Assembly: GCA_963823665.1 (NCBI GenBank)
Contig: CAWGMQ010000011.1
Span: 320,001 to 384,000, forward strand
DNA: 64,000 nucleotides
From: an uncultured Planctomycetota bacterium
GTDB lineage: Bacteria > Planctomycetota > Planctomycetia > Isosphaerales > Isosphaeraceae
Reading direction: 5' to 3'
Position numbers and translations under genes: made by a program. Under the pieces are notes generated by a model. That model saw only the letters and a program-made list of their open reading frames with translations. It was not told where the DNA came from and made no database searches. The first letter of the stretch is position 1. Every line of letters begins with the position of its first letter. This document shows, in pieces, positions 11,201 through 25,317 of the stretch.

Positions 11201-14200
11201 CCGCTTACTACTGGAGCAATTTCTCGGCCACCTTGCCCGCCTCGGGTACGTACTACCTCGTCGTCGACGGCACGAACGCGTCCAACACGTCCGGAGTCCA
11301 GTTTAACTTCACTGTCCGCGAGAGCCTCGCTCCGACCTCGACTCTCACGCTCGACACGGTGGTCTCCGACACCATCTCGAACCCGGGCGACCAGGCAACG
11401 TACACGTTCGCGGGCACGGCCGGCCAGACCCTCTATTTCAGCGCGCTGGAATCGACCGCGGGGTCCGAGGCGGAGCTGGTTGGGCCGGGCGGAAATCAAA
11501 TCTTCAACACCAGCTATTCCAATCAAGGTCCCTTCACGCTCTCTGTCTCGGGCACGTACACGCTCTACCTGTCCAACGAGAACGGCGCGACCGGCCCTTA
11601 CAGCTTCGTGCTGGACGACGCAGCCGAGGCGACTTCCATCTCCATGACCGCGGGCTCCGGCACCTCGGAGTCGAGCGCGATCACCACCGGCCTTTCCACC
11701 AACCTCTTCCAGTTTGGCGGAACAGCCGGCGAGCAGGTGTACTTGGACGCCCAGACCAGCTCGGCCGGCTATTATGATCTCTACTGGACGCTGTACGGCC
11801 CGAATGATCAGGACGTGACCGGTAATTACTTCGGAGGCAACATACAGGCAACCCTGCCGTCGGGCGGCACTTATCTGCTCGTTGTGAATGGCACGAACGC
11901 ATCCAACACCTCCGGAGTGACCTTCAGCTTCACTTCCTACGAGAACGTCAATCCGAAATCGGCGCTCGCGTTGAACACGCAGGTCACCGGCACGATCGCA
12001 AACCCGGGCGATGAGGCCACCTACACCTTCACCGGCTCGAGCGGCCAACTGATCGAGTTCAACGGGCTGGAGCCGGGCGCATATATTTACGCGACGCTCG
12101 TCGACCCGGAAGGATCGCAGGTCTTCAGCCAGTGGATGTTCGGCAATGCGGGTCCCGAGTTTCTCAGCGTTGCAGGCATCTACACTCTGACGGTCGGGGG
12201 CAGCTCGACCACACCCACGGGCGCTTATACCTTTGACCTTGTCGACTTTGGCTCGGAGCCGAAAATCCAGGTCAACACGTCCGAGGCTGACCTCACAGTC
12301 ACCCTCTCGCAGGCGTCATCGCAGCAGATCCTGGTGCCGTATAGCACCGAGGATGATACGGCCACGGTGGCTGACGGCGACTACAAACCGGCCTCCGGGG
12401 TCATCCTCTTCGCACCCGGCCAGACGACGGCCACGGTCGTCGTCCAGGCAATCGACCGACTCGCGCCCACGACCACCGACTTCTTCGTCAACCTGGAGAA
12501 CCCCGTTGGCGCCACCATCGCGCCGGGTCAGGGCACCGCGACGGTCACGATCGAGTCGAACGTCAGCGGAACGGTCAGCGGCGAGGTTTTTGACGACGTC
12601 TCCGGGTCCGGGACTCTTGTCAGCGGCGATCCGGGGATCTCCGGCGTCACGGTCGAGCTGCTGGGCCCGAATAGCGTCGTCGTCGCCTCTGCGACGAGCG
12701 ACTCGCAAGGCAACTACACGATCTCGGACATCCCGGCTGGATCGTATTCGGTCGTGGAAGTCACGCCATCGGGCTACGTGCTGACCGCGCCGGCCTCAGG
12801 CGCGTACTCCGAAAACAACACGAGCGGTCAGTCGATCTCCGGGTTGAATTTCGGCAACTTCCAGACGGTCACTCTCTCAGGCGAAGTGTTCACTGACAAC
12901 AATGGCAATGGCGTTCCCGGCGGCGGCGAGCCCGGCCTCTCCGGCTGGACCGTCGATCTGGTGAACAGCGCGAATCAGGTGATCGCGACCACGAGTGCGG
13001 CCAACGGCTCCTACGCGTTCGATAACGTCGGGCCCGGGACTTATACCGTCAACGTGATCGTGCAGAACGGCTTTATAACCACAACGCCCACCTCCTATTC
13101 CGTGACCGCCCAGAGCGGCACCAATGTCTCGACCTTGAACTTCGGCGAATTCGCACCGGTGACCTTCAGCGGCGAGGTCTACAACGACGTCAATGGCCTT
13201 GCGCTGACGTTGACGACGCACCAATACTACGAGGCGAGCGCAGGCTGGTTTGACACACCGGTATCCACCGGGAGCTTCATCGCGAGCTTCACCTACACCG
13301 ATGTCACCGGCGGCGGCAGTGCCGACGGTGTGGCCTTCGTGCTTCAGAACGACACGAGCGGCACAAGCGCGCTGGGTTCAAGCGGCAGCGGGCTGGGATA
13401 CGGCGGCATCAGCCCGAGCGCCGCCTACGAGATCAATATCTACGGGGGCCACACCCAGGGCGCGAATTTTGCCACGGACGGATCGACAGGAAACTATACC
13501 TCAACCGGCTCGGTCAGCGTGCAAAGTGGCGATCCCATCGATGTGACACTCACCTACAGCGCCGCCGCGGCGACCTTGACCGCCGTGTTGACGGACGCGA
13601 CTACGGGTGCCACGTACACGCAGACTTACACCGGCATCAACCTCGCAACCCAGCTTGGTGGAGCGACCGCCTTTGTCGGGTTCACGGGCGCCGACGGCGG
13701 CGTCTCGTCGATCCAGACAATCAGCAACTTCAACTTCTTACCCGCGAGCGGTCCCACCGTGACGGGCTTCGGCGTCAAGGGTTCGGGCTGGTCCATGCTC
13801 GGCCACGCGTCCATTGGAACATCATCCGCCGGCAGCATGCTCAACAGCGGCGACCCGGGCCTTCCGGACTGGACCGTCAACCTGATCAACAGCGCGAACC
13901 AGGTCATCGCCACGACGACCGACTCCGGTGGCGGCTATGGATTCGGCAACATTGGGCCAGGCACCTACACGGTCCAGGTCGTCCAGCAATCCGGCTATGT
14001 GGCCAGCTCTCCCACATCACTTTCGGTGACCGCACAGAGCGGCATCAATCAATCCGACTTGAACTTCGGGGAATTCGTCCCGGTCACTCTGAGCGGCGAG
14101 GTGTTCGGCGATTCCGACGGTAGTGGCGTGCTGAATGGCACAGACAGTGGTCTTTCGGGCTGGACGGTCAACCTGCTCAATAGCACGAATCAGGAAGTCG

Positions 14201-17200
14201 CCACCACGACGACCGCCGCGGATGGAAGCTTCTCGTTCACCGGCGTCGGGCCCGATCTGTACACGATTCAGGTCGTGCAGCAGACCGGTTATGTCCAGAG
14301 CACCAGCGTCGTGCAGGCCGCGACGACGAGCGGCCAGAGCGTCGCGAACTTGAACGTCGGCGAATTCCAGACCGTCACCATCGGCGGCCAGGTCTTCACC
14401 GATCAGACCGGCGACGGCGTCTTTGGCGGCACCGACTCGGGCCTTGCTGGCTGGACCGTCGATCTCGTGAACAGCTCGAACCAGATTGTCTCGGCCACAA
14501 CCGCGTCCGACGGCTCATTCTCGTTCACGGGTGTCGGGCCAGGCTCGTACACGGTCGAAGAGGTGCTCGAGAGCGGCTATGTCCAGACGAGCTCACCAGC
14601 CTCATACACCGTGGTGCCGACCAGCGGTCAAGCCGTCTCGGGGCTCTCCTTCGGTGTTTTCCAGCTTGCAACCGTTAGCGGCGAGCTCTTCGACGACGCC
14701 AACCAGGACGGCAGGCTCGACGACGGCGAGTCCGGGCTATCGGGTTGGACCATCAACCTGCTGAACACCTCGGGCGCGGTCGTCGCGTCCACCACCACGG
14801 ATGCAAACGGCAATTACGTGCTGAGCGTCGGGCCCGGCTCATATACAATTCAGGAAGCTCTCCAGGCCGGTTTTATCCAGACCGCCCCGTCCACGGGCTC
14901 GATCAGCATCACCTCTTCGAGCGGCGCCCAGTATTCGAATGAGAATCTAGGCGTCTACAAGGCGGTCTCGCTGGCCGTCTCTGGTTTACAGACCGTTCCT
15001 TCAAGCGGTCTCCAGTCAAGCGAGAGTCTGGTCGTCGAGTGGACCGACACGAACACCGGCACGAGGCCGGCGTCGGGATCGTTCTACGACCAGATCGTGA
15101 TCACGAACACGACCACCTCCAAGGTGCTCGCCACGAGCCTGGTCTATTACAACGCTGCGACCGCGGGCAATTTGGGAGCTGGCGCATCGGTGCTTCAGCA
15201 ATATAGCTTCGCCCTGCCCTTTGGCAGCGCCGGCGTCGGCCAGATTCAGTTCACGGTTACCGCCGATGAGAACAGCAACGTCTCGACGCCATTCGGGGAA
15301 CCAAATCGGACCGCGACCATCACGGAAGCCTCAACGCTCGCCCTTTATCCCGATCTCACAGCCAGCGCAGTGACTCCTTCCGAGAGCTCCGGGCAGTTCG
15401 GAGACACGCTCACGGTGGGCTGGACGGTCACCAATGCAGGCCAGGCGTCCGCGACGGGTCCGTGGGTGGACAACGTCTACCTTTCGCCGACACCCACACT
15501 CGGCTCAAGCGCGATCTACCTGAGCTCGACCACAGAGGAGAACCCGGGCGTGCTCGCACCGAACGCGAGCTACATGGCGCAGAGCACCGTTTTGCTTCCC
15601 GTGAACACATCACTTGCGGCGGGTACCGAGTATCTGGTGGTGCTCGTTGATGCGGGTCACGTGATCAACGAGTCCGACTCGACGAAGCAGGAGAGCAGTG
15701 CACCGATCGTGCTCACCTCGCCGCCGCCGCCGGATCTCTCGGTCGCGTCCGTCACATCGTCACTTACCGCGGGGCAGCCGGGCCAATCCGAGACGGTGAG
15801 CTGGCTCGTCGCGAACATCGGCGCCGGCGCGGCCTACGGCTCGTGGACCGACAGCGCTTACCTTTCGCCCGACGGCAAGCTCTCCGACGCGACGCTGCTC
15901 GGTTCCGTCACCCACACCGGTGGCCTGACGGCGAGCTCATCCTACTCAGACACCATCACCGCCACGCTGCCATCGAGCCTGGCCGACGGCAGTTATCAGG
16001 TGATCGCCGTGGCCGACAGCCAGGACGCGGTTACCAACGATGCCAACCGGGCCGACACAGAAGGCACGGCCCCGCAGCCCCTCACCTTCGGGCACGTCGA
16101 TCTTGTCCCCTCGATCACGACAGCGACAGCGAGCGCAACGTCCGGCACTCTCCTCTCGGTCGCCTGGACCACGACAAACAACGGCACCGCTCCCACGCTG
16201 TCTGCCTGGACCGACAGCGCCTATCTCTCGACCACCAGCCAGGTCACTTCCAGCTCTCTGTTGCTGGGCGTCGTGCAGCAATCCGGCCCACTGGGTCCCG
16301 GCCAGCGCGCCACGGGCTCCGCCAGTGCGATCATTCCGCTCGGGGATAGCGGCACCTATCAGATCATCGTCGTCGCCGATGCGACGAACCAGCAGAGCGA
16401 GCCGGGCGGCACGCCCAACTCCGTTTCCCGGGCGGTGAGCATCACGCTCGCCCCCTACGCTGTCCTTTCCGTCAGCAACGTCGTCGCACCGTTGCAAACG
16501 ATCGGTGACCCCGCGTACCCGACCATATCGTGGACGGTCACCAACATCGGCACGGGCGCGGGCCAGACGGGCACCTGGGTCGACGAGATCATCGCGTCGC
16601 CATCCAACAGCGTCACCGACCCGAACGCCGTGGTTCTCGCGCAGTATACCCACACGGGCGGTCTGGCGAAGAACGCGTCGTACACCCAGACGCAGGTCGT
16701 CCAGATGCCGCCGGAATTCACCGGCCGCTATCATCTCTTCGGCGAGACCGATGCGACCGATGTGGTTTTTCAGAATGGGCAGAGGGCCGGCGACGTCGGT
16801 GAGGATCCCAACAACTTCGACGTGATGCCCATTCCCTATGCAGACCTGGTCGTCTCATCAATCACGCCGCCGCCGACCTCCGGCAGCGGATTGACGGTCA
16901 ACGTGAGCTGGACGGTCACCAACCAGGGAATTGGCCTGACGAGCGTGCCGAGCTGGTCAGACGACCTGGCGCTGGCGAGCGATCCCGCCGGCAAGAACAT
17001 CATCGAAGACTACGGATTGTTCAATCACCTCGGCCCGATCGGCCCGGGTGGCAGCTACGTGCGCACGGCGCAGGTAGTACTTCCCAACGGTTTGAGCGGT
17101 ACCTACTACTTCGTCGTCACCGCGGCGGCGAGCAATCCGCCGTTCGAGTTCATCTACGGCAACGGCACGGATAACATCACGGTCTCGAGCGCGTTCCAGA

Positions 17201-20200
17201 TCGTGCTCACGCCGGCGCCTGATCTCACGGTCACGAGCGTGAGCGCTCCGACGACGGCAGAGGAAGGAAGCACCATTCAGGTGGGCTGGACCGTCCAGAA
17301 CATAGGCCCCGGCGATGCCAACAGCCCGTGGGCCGACGAAGTGGTGCTCCAGCTTGTCGGCCAGCCCAGCTCCCAGTTCCTGATTCTGGGCACGTTCGAC
17401 AATTTCAGCCCGCTCGGCGCCGGCCATTCGTACAGCCGCACCCAGGCGGTGACCGTTCCGCTGCACATCACCGGGCTCTACAACGTCGAGGTCATCACCA
17501 ACTACGACGGCTCGCTATTCACGAACGGGGCGACCAACAACACCGGCACCGCTCCGCAGCCGATTTCCGTCACCGTCACGCCTCGACCCGACTTGCAGGT
17601 GTCCGCGATCGACATTCCCGCAACCGTGGATGCCGGCGCCACCTTCTCGGTCACGTACACAATTACCAACCAGGGAGCCGCGCCCACGACCAATAACTGG
17701 GATGATGACGTCTATCTATCGCTCACGACTTATATCACCGATGCGTCGATCTTGATCCAGGACCTGCCCAACCAGACGGCGCTCGGGCCCGGCGATCAAT
17801 ACCAGGCGACCACCGTCCCGGTCGTCGTACCAGAGCGGTTTGCCGGCCAGGTCTACGTCATCGTCGATGCCGATGCCAATCACGTGGTCGACCAGTGGCC
17901 CAACGGCCAGTACAACCTCGTGTACCAGCCCATCTATGTCAACCCGCTGCCGCTGCCCGATCTGGTCATGAGCAACGTCGTCGCGCCGGACCAGGAAATC
18001 GCCGGTTCCACCTTCAACGTCAGCTACACCGTCACGAACCTGGGGGTCGGCCCGACGCCGGTCGATACCTGGACCGATTCGATCTGGCTCACTCGCGACA
18101 AGACTCGGCCCATCCCCGCCCAGGGCGATATCCTGCTCACCCAGGTCACGCACACCGGCGCCCTCGGAGTTCTGGCCGGATACGACCAGACCCTGAGCGT
18201 GACCCTGCCCGATGACCTTGCCCAGGGCACGTATTATATCACCCCCTGGACTGACCTGTACTCACAGGTCCTCCAGGACGAGCTGGCCGTCAACGTGAAT
18301 CCGGACGACCCCAATAACTTCCAGAACGACAACTACAAAGCTCGTGCGATCACGATCCTGGCCCCCTTGCCCGACCTGACCGTTTCGTCAATTACTGCGC
18401 CCAAAACGGCTCAAGGCGGCAACAACGTCAACATTTCGTGGACCGTGTCGAACATCGGCAATGGGCCTGCCCAGCCGACCGGGTGGATCGACACCGTCTA
18501 CCTGACGAACGACCCCACCAATCCACTTGCCCAGACCGCCATCACGATGACGCTGGGCTCGGTCACGCAAAACTCGGTGCTGAACGCGGGTGCGTCCTAC
18601 AACGCCAGCCTGAACGTGACGTTGTCGCCGTCGGCGGTCGGAGACTACTTCGTCGTGTACACCGACGCTCCGCAGCCAGGTGAATCCCCGGGCCAGTTCT
18701 GGGTCAATGAGATCTCCTACACCAACAACCTGCTGGCAGCGGCCACAACGGTAACGCCCGTCCCGGCCGACCTGGTCGTGACCAACGTTTCGATTCCCCA
18801 GGTGAACTACTCGGGCGAGCAGATGACGTTCTCGTACACGGTCGAGAACGAGGGCCAGTACCAGGTGTGGTCCGGCACAAACTACTGGACCGACTTCATC
18901 TGGCTGTGCGCGGAGCCGACTCTCGACCGCCCGCAAGCGTCATTTCTCGGCCAGACGACTCATGTGCAGAACCAGCCGCTGCAGCCCGGCCAGAGCTATA
19001 CGGTCACGTACACGGTCACCCTACCTGCCGGCACGGGCGGCCAGTACTATCTCTACATCGATCTCGACGCGCACAACGACCTGCCCCCCTACCCCTACAT
19101 TTTCGAGGCGCGCCTGCTGACCACCGACTGGTGGCCGGCCGACACGGGCGACAACTCGTACTGGCTCAGCGAGTTCAGTATGTGGGCGTTCGAGAACCCC
19201 TTTAACAACCGCAGTTCCACGCCGTTCAACATCATTTACCGCGAGCCGGACCTCAAGGTGACGAACATCACCGTACCGGCAAACGTCACTTCGGGCGAGA
19301 CGATCCCCATCACCTACACGGTGACCAACCAGGGTACTCGCGCCACCCGAACGGCGAGCTGGACCGACCGCATCTTCTTGTCGCTGGATCCCTCGCTCGA
19401 CATCTATGACACGGTCCTTGGCAGCGACAGTTTTGGCCAGGTGCTCGATCCCGGCGCCTCGTATACAGAAACGGTCGACGTCCGGGTTCCGGATGGCATT
19501 TTTGGAACCTTCTACATCCTCGTCTACGCTGATTCCGACGCCCAGACTGACATGTCGGTGCAGAGCGATATCGGCTATGGCCTCTACGGCGTGAAGATTG
19601 GCGCGCCCGACGAGCTCGACCCGTATGACCTGGCATCCGAGGCCATACGCAGTCTGGGCCGCGGCAATGTCCCCCAGTACGAGAACGAGGCCGACAAGCT
19701 CGCATCGGTCGTGATGCCCGTGACACTGGCGCCGGCGCCTCTCTTGCAGGTCACGACGGTGGGCACCGACGCGGTCGGCGGTCACGTCTATCAGGGCCAG
19801 ACCCTGAATGTCACCTACACCGTGATGAATGCCGGCGCGGGCACACCGCCGACCGAGCCCACCTGGGACGACCTGATCTACTTCTCCGCGGACACGAACC
19901 TCGACTTGAAGGCCGACGACTACCTGGGAGAGTACGTCCACACCGGCGGACTGGCCGCAGGCGCCAGTTACACCGTCACGACCCAGGTGCAAGTGCCGAC
20001 CAACTTGAGCGGGCCGTACTATCTCTTCGTCATCACCAACCCGCCGATCGACAGCTCGATCGGTCAGGTCTTCGAGGGGGGCGGCGCCAACCAGTTCAAC
20101 GACCTGTACCTCGCGCCGCCGCTCGTCATCGACCCGCCGCCCACGACGAATCTCGTGGTCAGCAGCATCACTCTGCCTTCACCCGCGACAGTGACTTCCG

Positions 20201-23200
20201 GTGACCCCTTCACCGTGAGCTGGACGGTCGAGGACACAAACCCCACAAACCCTGCGCCGGGATCCTGGTCCGATGCGGTGTATATCGGCACCGGAACCTC
20301 CTGGAATATCTCCGACGTCTACCTCGGCACAGTCCAGCATCAGGGCACGCTACAGCCTGGCGGCAGTTACACCGCCTCGCTCACCACCAACGTGCCCTCG
20401 CTCACGCCCGGTCCGTACCACATCTTCGTTCGCACCGACATCTTCAATCAGACCCAGTTGCCGCCGGGCGTGCCGAATTCGAGTAAAACCACCGCGTCGG
20501 CGGGCCTGCTGACAGTGACGGTGGACACCCTCACCCTGGGCGTCCCCTACCCGACAACGCTATCCACCGACCAGGAGCGACTCCTGCAGGTGACGGTGCC
20601 CCAGGGGGCGACGCTCGAGGTTCTCCTGACCTCCAGCGGCGCTGGCGCCGCCAACGAGATCTTCATCGGGCAAGGGTCGGCCCCGACCGATTCGGTGTAC
20701 ACCGCTGCCTATTCCGGCGGCCTGGCCCCCAATCAGATGGCCGTGGTCCCCTCCACCGTCCCCGGCATCTACTACGTCTTGATTCGCGGCCACTCCGAGC
20801 CGGCCGACAACACGCCGGTCACGGTGCTCGCGCAGTTGCTGCCGCTCTCGATCAACAACGTCGTGACCGACCAGGGGGGCGACAGCCAGTACGTCACCAC
20901 CACGATCAGCGGAGCCCAGTTCCAGTCCAATGCCATCGTCAAGCTTGTCATGCCCGGCTTCGCCGAGTACCAGCCGCTCGTGACCGATTTTGTCAACAGC
21001 ACCGAGATCATCGCCGAGTTCAATCTGACCGGCGCTCCCCACGGCCTCTACGACGTTCAGGTCACCAATCCCGACGGCCAGATGGCCATTGCCGCCTATC
21101 GTTTCGAGGTCGAACAGACGGTCGCGCCCAATGTGACAGTCGCTCTGGGCGGACCGCGCTTCATCCTGGCCGGCGATACCGGCACCTACGACGTGGCACT
21201 CGATAACCTGGGAAACGTCAATGCGCCTTACGTTGAATTCAACATCGGCGTGCCCGAGCTGAGCAATGACATTCCCCCAACTGATCCGAGCGAGCCGCTC
21301 GAGCTCGATCCGATCAACGTCAACCTCTATAACTTGCCATACCTCCAGTTCACCACCAACCTGTCCGGCGCGCCGCCGGACTCGAGCTTGAGCGCAAACG
21401 TCCCCTACGCCACGCTTCAAGCGCAGGCCGACACGGCCGCGGCCAACGGCCACGTCCAGGCGCCCGGGTATCTATTCAACGAAGCCGCGGGAGGCTCGAC
21501 CTCCTTCACCTTCGACGTGACGACCTACCCCGGCCTGGCCGCCTTGAACGATCGCAACTTCGATGCGCTCAAGGCTGAGATTTATGCGTCGAATCCGGCG
21601 TATGCCGCGGAGGGAATTCTCAATAATGGCCCGCAGGGGCTCGACCTGATCTCGCCGGGGCTTTACGAGCTGTACGAGTTGTTCGGCGCGATTCCAAATA
21701 TCTTCACCATTCCATTCGTACCATTCCAGTTCGACATCAACGCGTCGGCGACCACCTTGACCCGCGCCGAGTTCGTGGCCCAGGCGACCGCGCAGGCCGA
21801 CCAGTTGCGAACCGCGATCCTTGCCGACAACACTGCGCCGGTGGCGCTCGAGAACCTCGCGGCCGACCAGACCAACTGGGAAAACCTCTACCTGGCTGGG
21901 CTGGAGCAAGCCGGCGTGTTGCTGCCGGACGGCACCACGCCGCCGATCAGCCAGAACCCCTTGATCATGAGCGAGATGGCGACCCTCGCCACCGGCGTGC
22001 TCGCCGGCCCGGCGGGCAGCGGCATCATCTCGAGCGGCAACGTCGCGCAGTTCTTCAGCGACCTGCTCAACTGGTATGGCAATGACCCCGATGCCACGTC
22101 GCCCGTGGCGTATTACAACGATCACGGCAATCCCGTCGCAACCCTGCCAACCTTGAGCCAGTTCGATCTGAACGCGCTCGAGCCGACCAACTTCGAAGAT
22201 TTCAACGTCTACGTGCCCTGGCTCTCCTGGGACCTCCGCGCCGATCTGCCCCCCTCCTTCCAGATCAACAGCGTGCAAGAGGTCAACGGCGTACCGGTCA
22301 TTCCGCTCGACCTCGATCAATATATCGATAACGGTGGACAGGATGCCGGCCTCGCCTCGATGACCGGCCCGTTCACGGCCGAGGACGGTGGATTCGTTCC
22401 GGGGGGACAACCGCTCCCCTTCACCGTCAACTTCCAGAACGACGCCCAGTCCTCGACCATGCCGGGCCAGATCAGGATCACCACCCAGCTCGACCCCAGC
22501 CTCGACCCGAGCAGTTTCCGGCTGGGAGACATCCAGATCGGCGACATCGACATCAGCATCCCCTCCAACCTGGCCTACTTCCAGGGCGACTTCGATTTCA
22601 CCCAGACCAAGGGCTTCATCCTGAGTGTGAGCGCGGGCATCGACACGCAGACCGGCATCGCGACCTGGCTGCTGGAGGCCATCGATCCCCTGACGGGCGA
22701 GGTGATCACCAACCCAGACCTGGGATTGCTGCCGGCCAACGACGCCGAGGGTGACGGCGCCGGCTACGTCAGCTACACCGTGCAACCTTACGCCAATGCG
22801 ACGAGCGGTGCCACGATCACCGCCACTGCGACGGTCCTGTTCAACAACGCGGCACCGCAGAATACCGCCCCGCTGGCTTATACCCTCGACAACATCGCTC
22901 CGACGACGCAGACGACCGTTACTCAGCTCGGCGCGAACCCCAACTACCAGATCCAGTGGCAGAGCACCGACAACACCGGGGGCTCGGGCGTCGCCTATGT
23001 CACGATCTATGTCGCGGAAGACGGCGGCTCCTATCAGGTTTGGCAGAACCAGGTCACCCAATCCTCCGGCACCATGGACTATCAGGGCGCAGCCGGGCAT
23101 ACCTACACGTTCCTCGTGCTGGGCACCGACGTGGCTGGAAATCAGGAACAGCCCCCGGCGGGAAGCAACGTCGTGCTCGCCCCGAGCACCGTCAATCTCG

Positions 23201-25317
23201 GTGCAACCCCCACCGTCCCCAGCACAACGCCGCCGAACTTCGGCTTACCCCCGGCCCCTACCGTCCAGCCCTCGACAAATCCGCTCTTCATCCAGGCGCA
23301 GCAAGGCGTGCCCAATACGCCGCCGGCGACCAACCCCTCCGAATTCCAGACCGTGCTCCAGCCGTTCCAGGCGCAGGCGTTCGCCACCGGATTCGGTCAG
23401 AGCGACGACATATTGGGGCCAATGGCCCTGGCGCAGGAGCCCGATGGCAGTTTCCTGGTGAGCGGCGGCGCGTCGCGCAACAAGCTGTTCCACATCCCCA
23501 AGCTCGGCGGCCCAGCCGGCACGCCGCTGGCCACGCTCCCCTATCCGATCTATGCGATGGCCTTCGATAGCGCGGGTCATCTCTGGGCGGCAACCGGCGG
23601 CGGGCCACTCCTCCAGCTCGACCCGAGCACCGGTGCGATCGTCAACCAGTTCGGCGACGGAATCACTCTTGCCGTGGCTGTGGATCCAGCCACTCAGCAG
23701 ATCTACGTCTCTTCCGCCAAGGGTGTGGAAATCTTCGACCCGACAACGGAAACCTTCACCCAGTACAGCCGCGATCAGAACCTGCGCGTCTCCAGCCTCG
23801 AGTTCGATTCGAGCGGAAACTTGTGGGCCGTCACCTGGCCTGATTCGACGCAGGTTGTCGAATTCGATGCAGACGCCCGCGCCCAGGTCAAGCTGACGTT
23901 CGATTCGGATATCCAGTCGATTGCCTTCGGACAAGTGGGCACGCCGCTCGAGAATCTGCTGTTCGTCTCGCACGACGACGCCCCCAATACACCGGGGGGT
24001 ACGGTGGCCACCACGCCCACCGACTTGACGATGGTCGACGTCACCACGCTCCAGCAGGTTGCCGTCGCCCAGGGGGGTACCCGCGGGTTCGCCGTCCTGG
24101 CAACGAGCGACGGCCGGCTCTTGATCAGCCAGTCGCACGAGGTTGACGTGCTCGAGCCGGTTGTGGCCCCGCAGGTCATTACCAGCAATCCCCCCAGCGG
24201 CGCGACCGAGTCTCTACCGCTGGGCACGATCAGCATCACGTTCGACCACGATATGTTCCAGGGGAGCTCAAGCGACGCTCGCTCGGTGCTGAACCCATCC
24301 AACTATCAACTGACGAGCGACACGGGCGCGACCATCCCGATCACCGGAGTGACCTACGACGCGGACAGCAGGACTGCGTTCCTCACCCTGGGCGCCATGG
24401 AGCCCGGCGGCTACACCATCAGCGTCAAGACTTCCATCCAGAGTACCGACAACCTCGCCCTCGCTCAGGCTTACTCCAGTCATTTCCTGACGATCACCGA
24501 CATCACCCAGCAGGTCACGCTCGAATTCTACGACGGTAGGTCGAATGCAGCCGCCAAGACTTATAGCTACAACCTGACGATCACCAATAACGGCCCGACC
24601 ACTCTCTTGTCTCCGTTCTACTTGACTTTCGATGGACTGGCGCCGACCGGCGATCAGGTGCTCGGCGTCACCAGTCAAACCACTCAAGGCACGTGGTGGC
24701 TGGATGTCGATAGCGTCATCACCGGCGGCAAGCTGGCTTCCGGTCAAACGTCGCAGGTGGCAACGATCACCTTCTACAACCCGTCGGGCAAGAGGATGAC
24801 CTTCCAGAGCGGACTGCTCGCCTTGCCCTCTGCGAATGCCAGCCCGGTGATCACCGCAGGCCCATCGACAACGGTGAACGCCGGCAAGCTTTATTCGTCA
24901 ACCGTGCGCACCACAGACCCCAACAATTATCCGCTGGGCTACCTGCTCTTGAGTGGTCCCGCCGGGCTCTCGGTTAATTCATCCAGTGGGCTTATAACTT
25001 GGCAGACCCAGACCACAAGTCCGGCTAGGGCGCCGGTGAGCATCGACGTCTATGATTCGCACGGAAGCTTCACGCCGCTCGAGTTCGTCATCCAGGTGGT
25101 TGGCGGCAGCAGCGCCCCGGTGATAAGCCCGCTGCCAGCACAGCTCAGCGGGCAAGAGGGCCAGCCCATCGTGCTCACCGTGAGTGCCGTCGACCCGGGT
25201 GGTCTGCCCCTGGTCTACTGGGCCGACCACTTGCCAGGCGGCGCGACTTTGACCCGACCACCCACAGCCTGCTCTGGGAGCCCGACTACACGCAGGCGGG
25301 AACATATAATGGTTTGA
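5236..25317 (+). other. Giant gene segment 1 (6693-aa ORF): planctomycete signal, 22 PPC-like domains, Calx-beta, 6 SdrD-B domains + L-lectin, CARDB array, DUF7619-like, FN3-like, beta-propeller, Ig-like
   Basis: PPC-like GTIANPGDEATYTFTG...SGTYTL units (~5430-12250). Calx-beta TVTLSQAS...DGDYKPASGVILFAPGQT (~12280-12560). SdrD-B SGEVFxDxxGxG...GLSGWTVxL (~12565-14960). CARDB PDLxVS...VSWTVTNxG...WxDxVYLS (~14965-20520). Propeller-like A(F/V)DxxGxLW repeats (~23370-24160). Confidence 0.8.
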
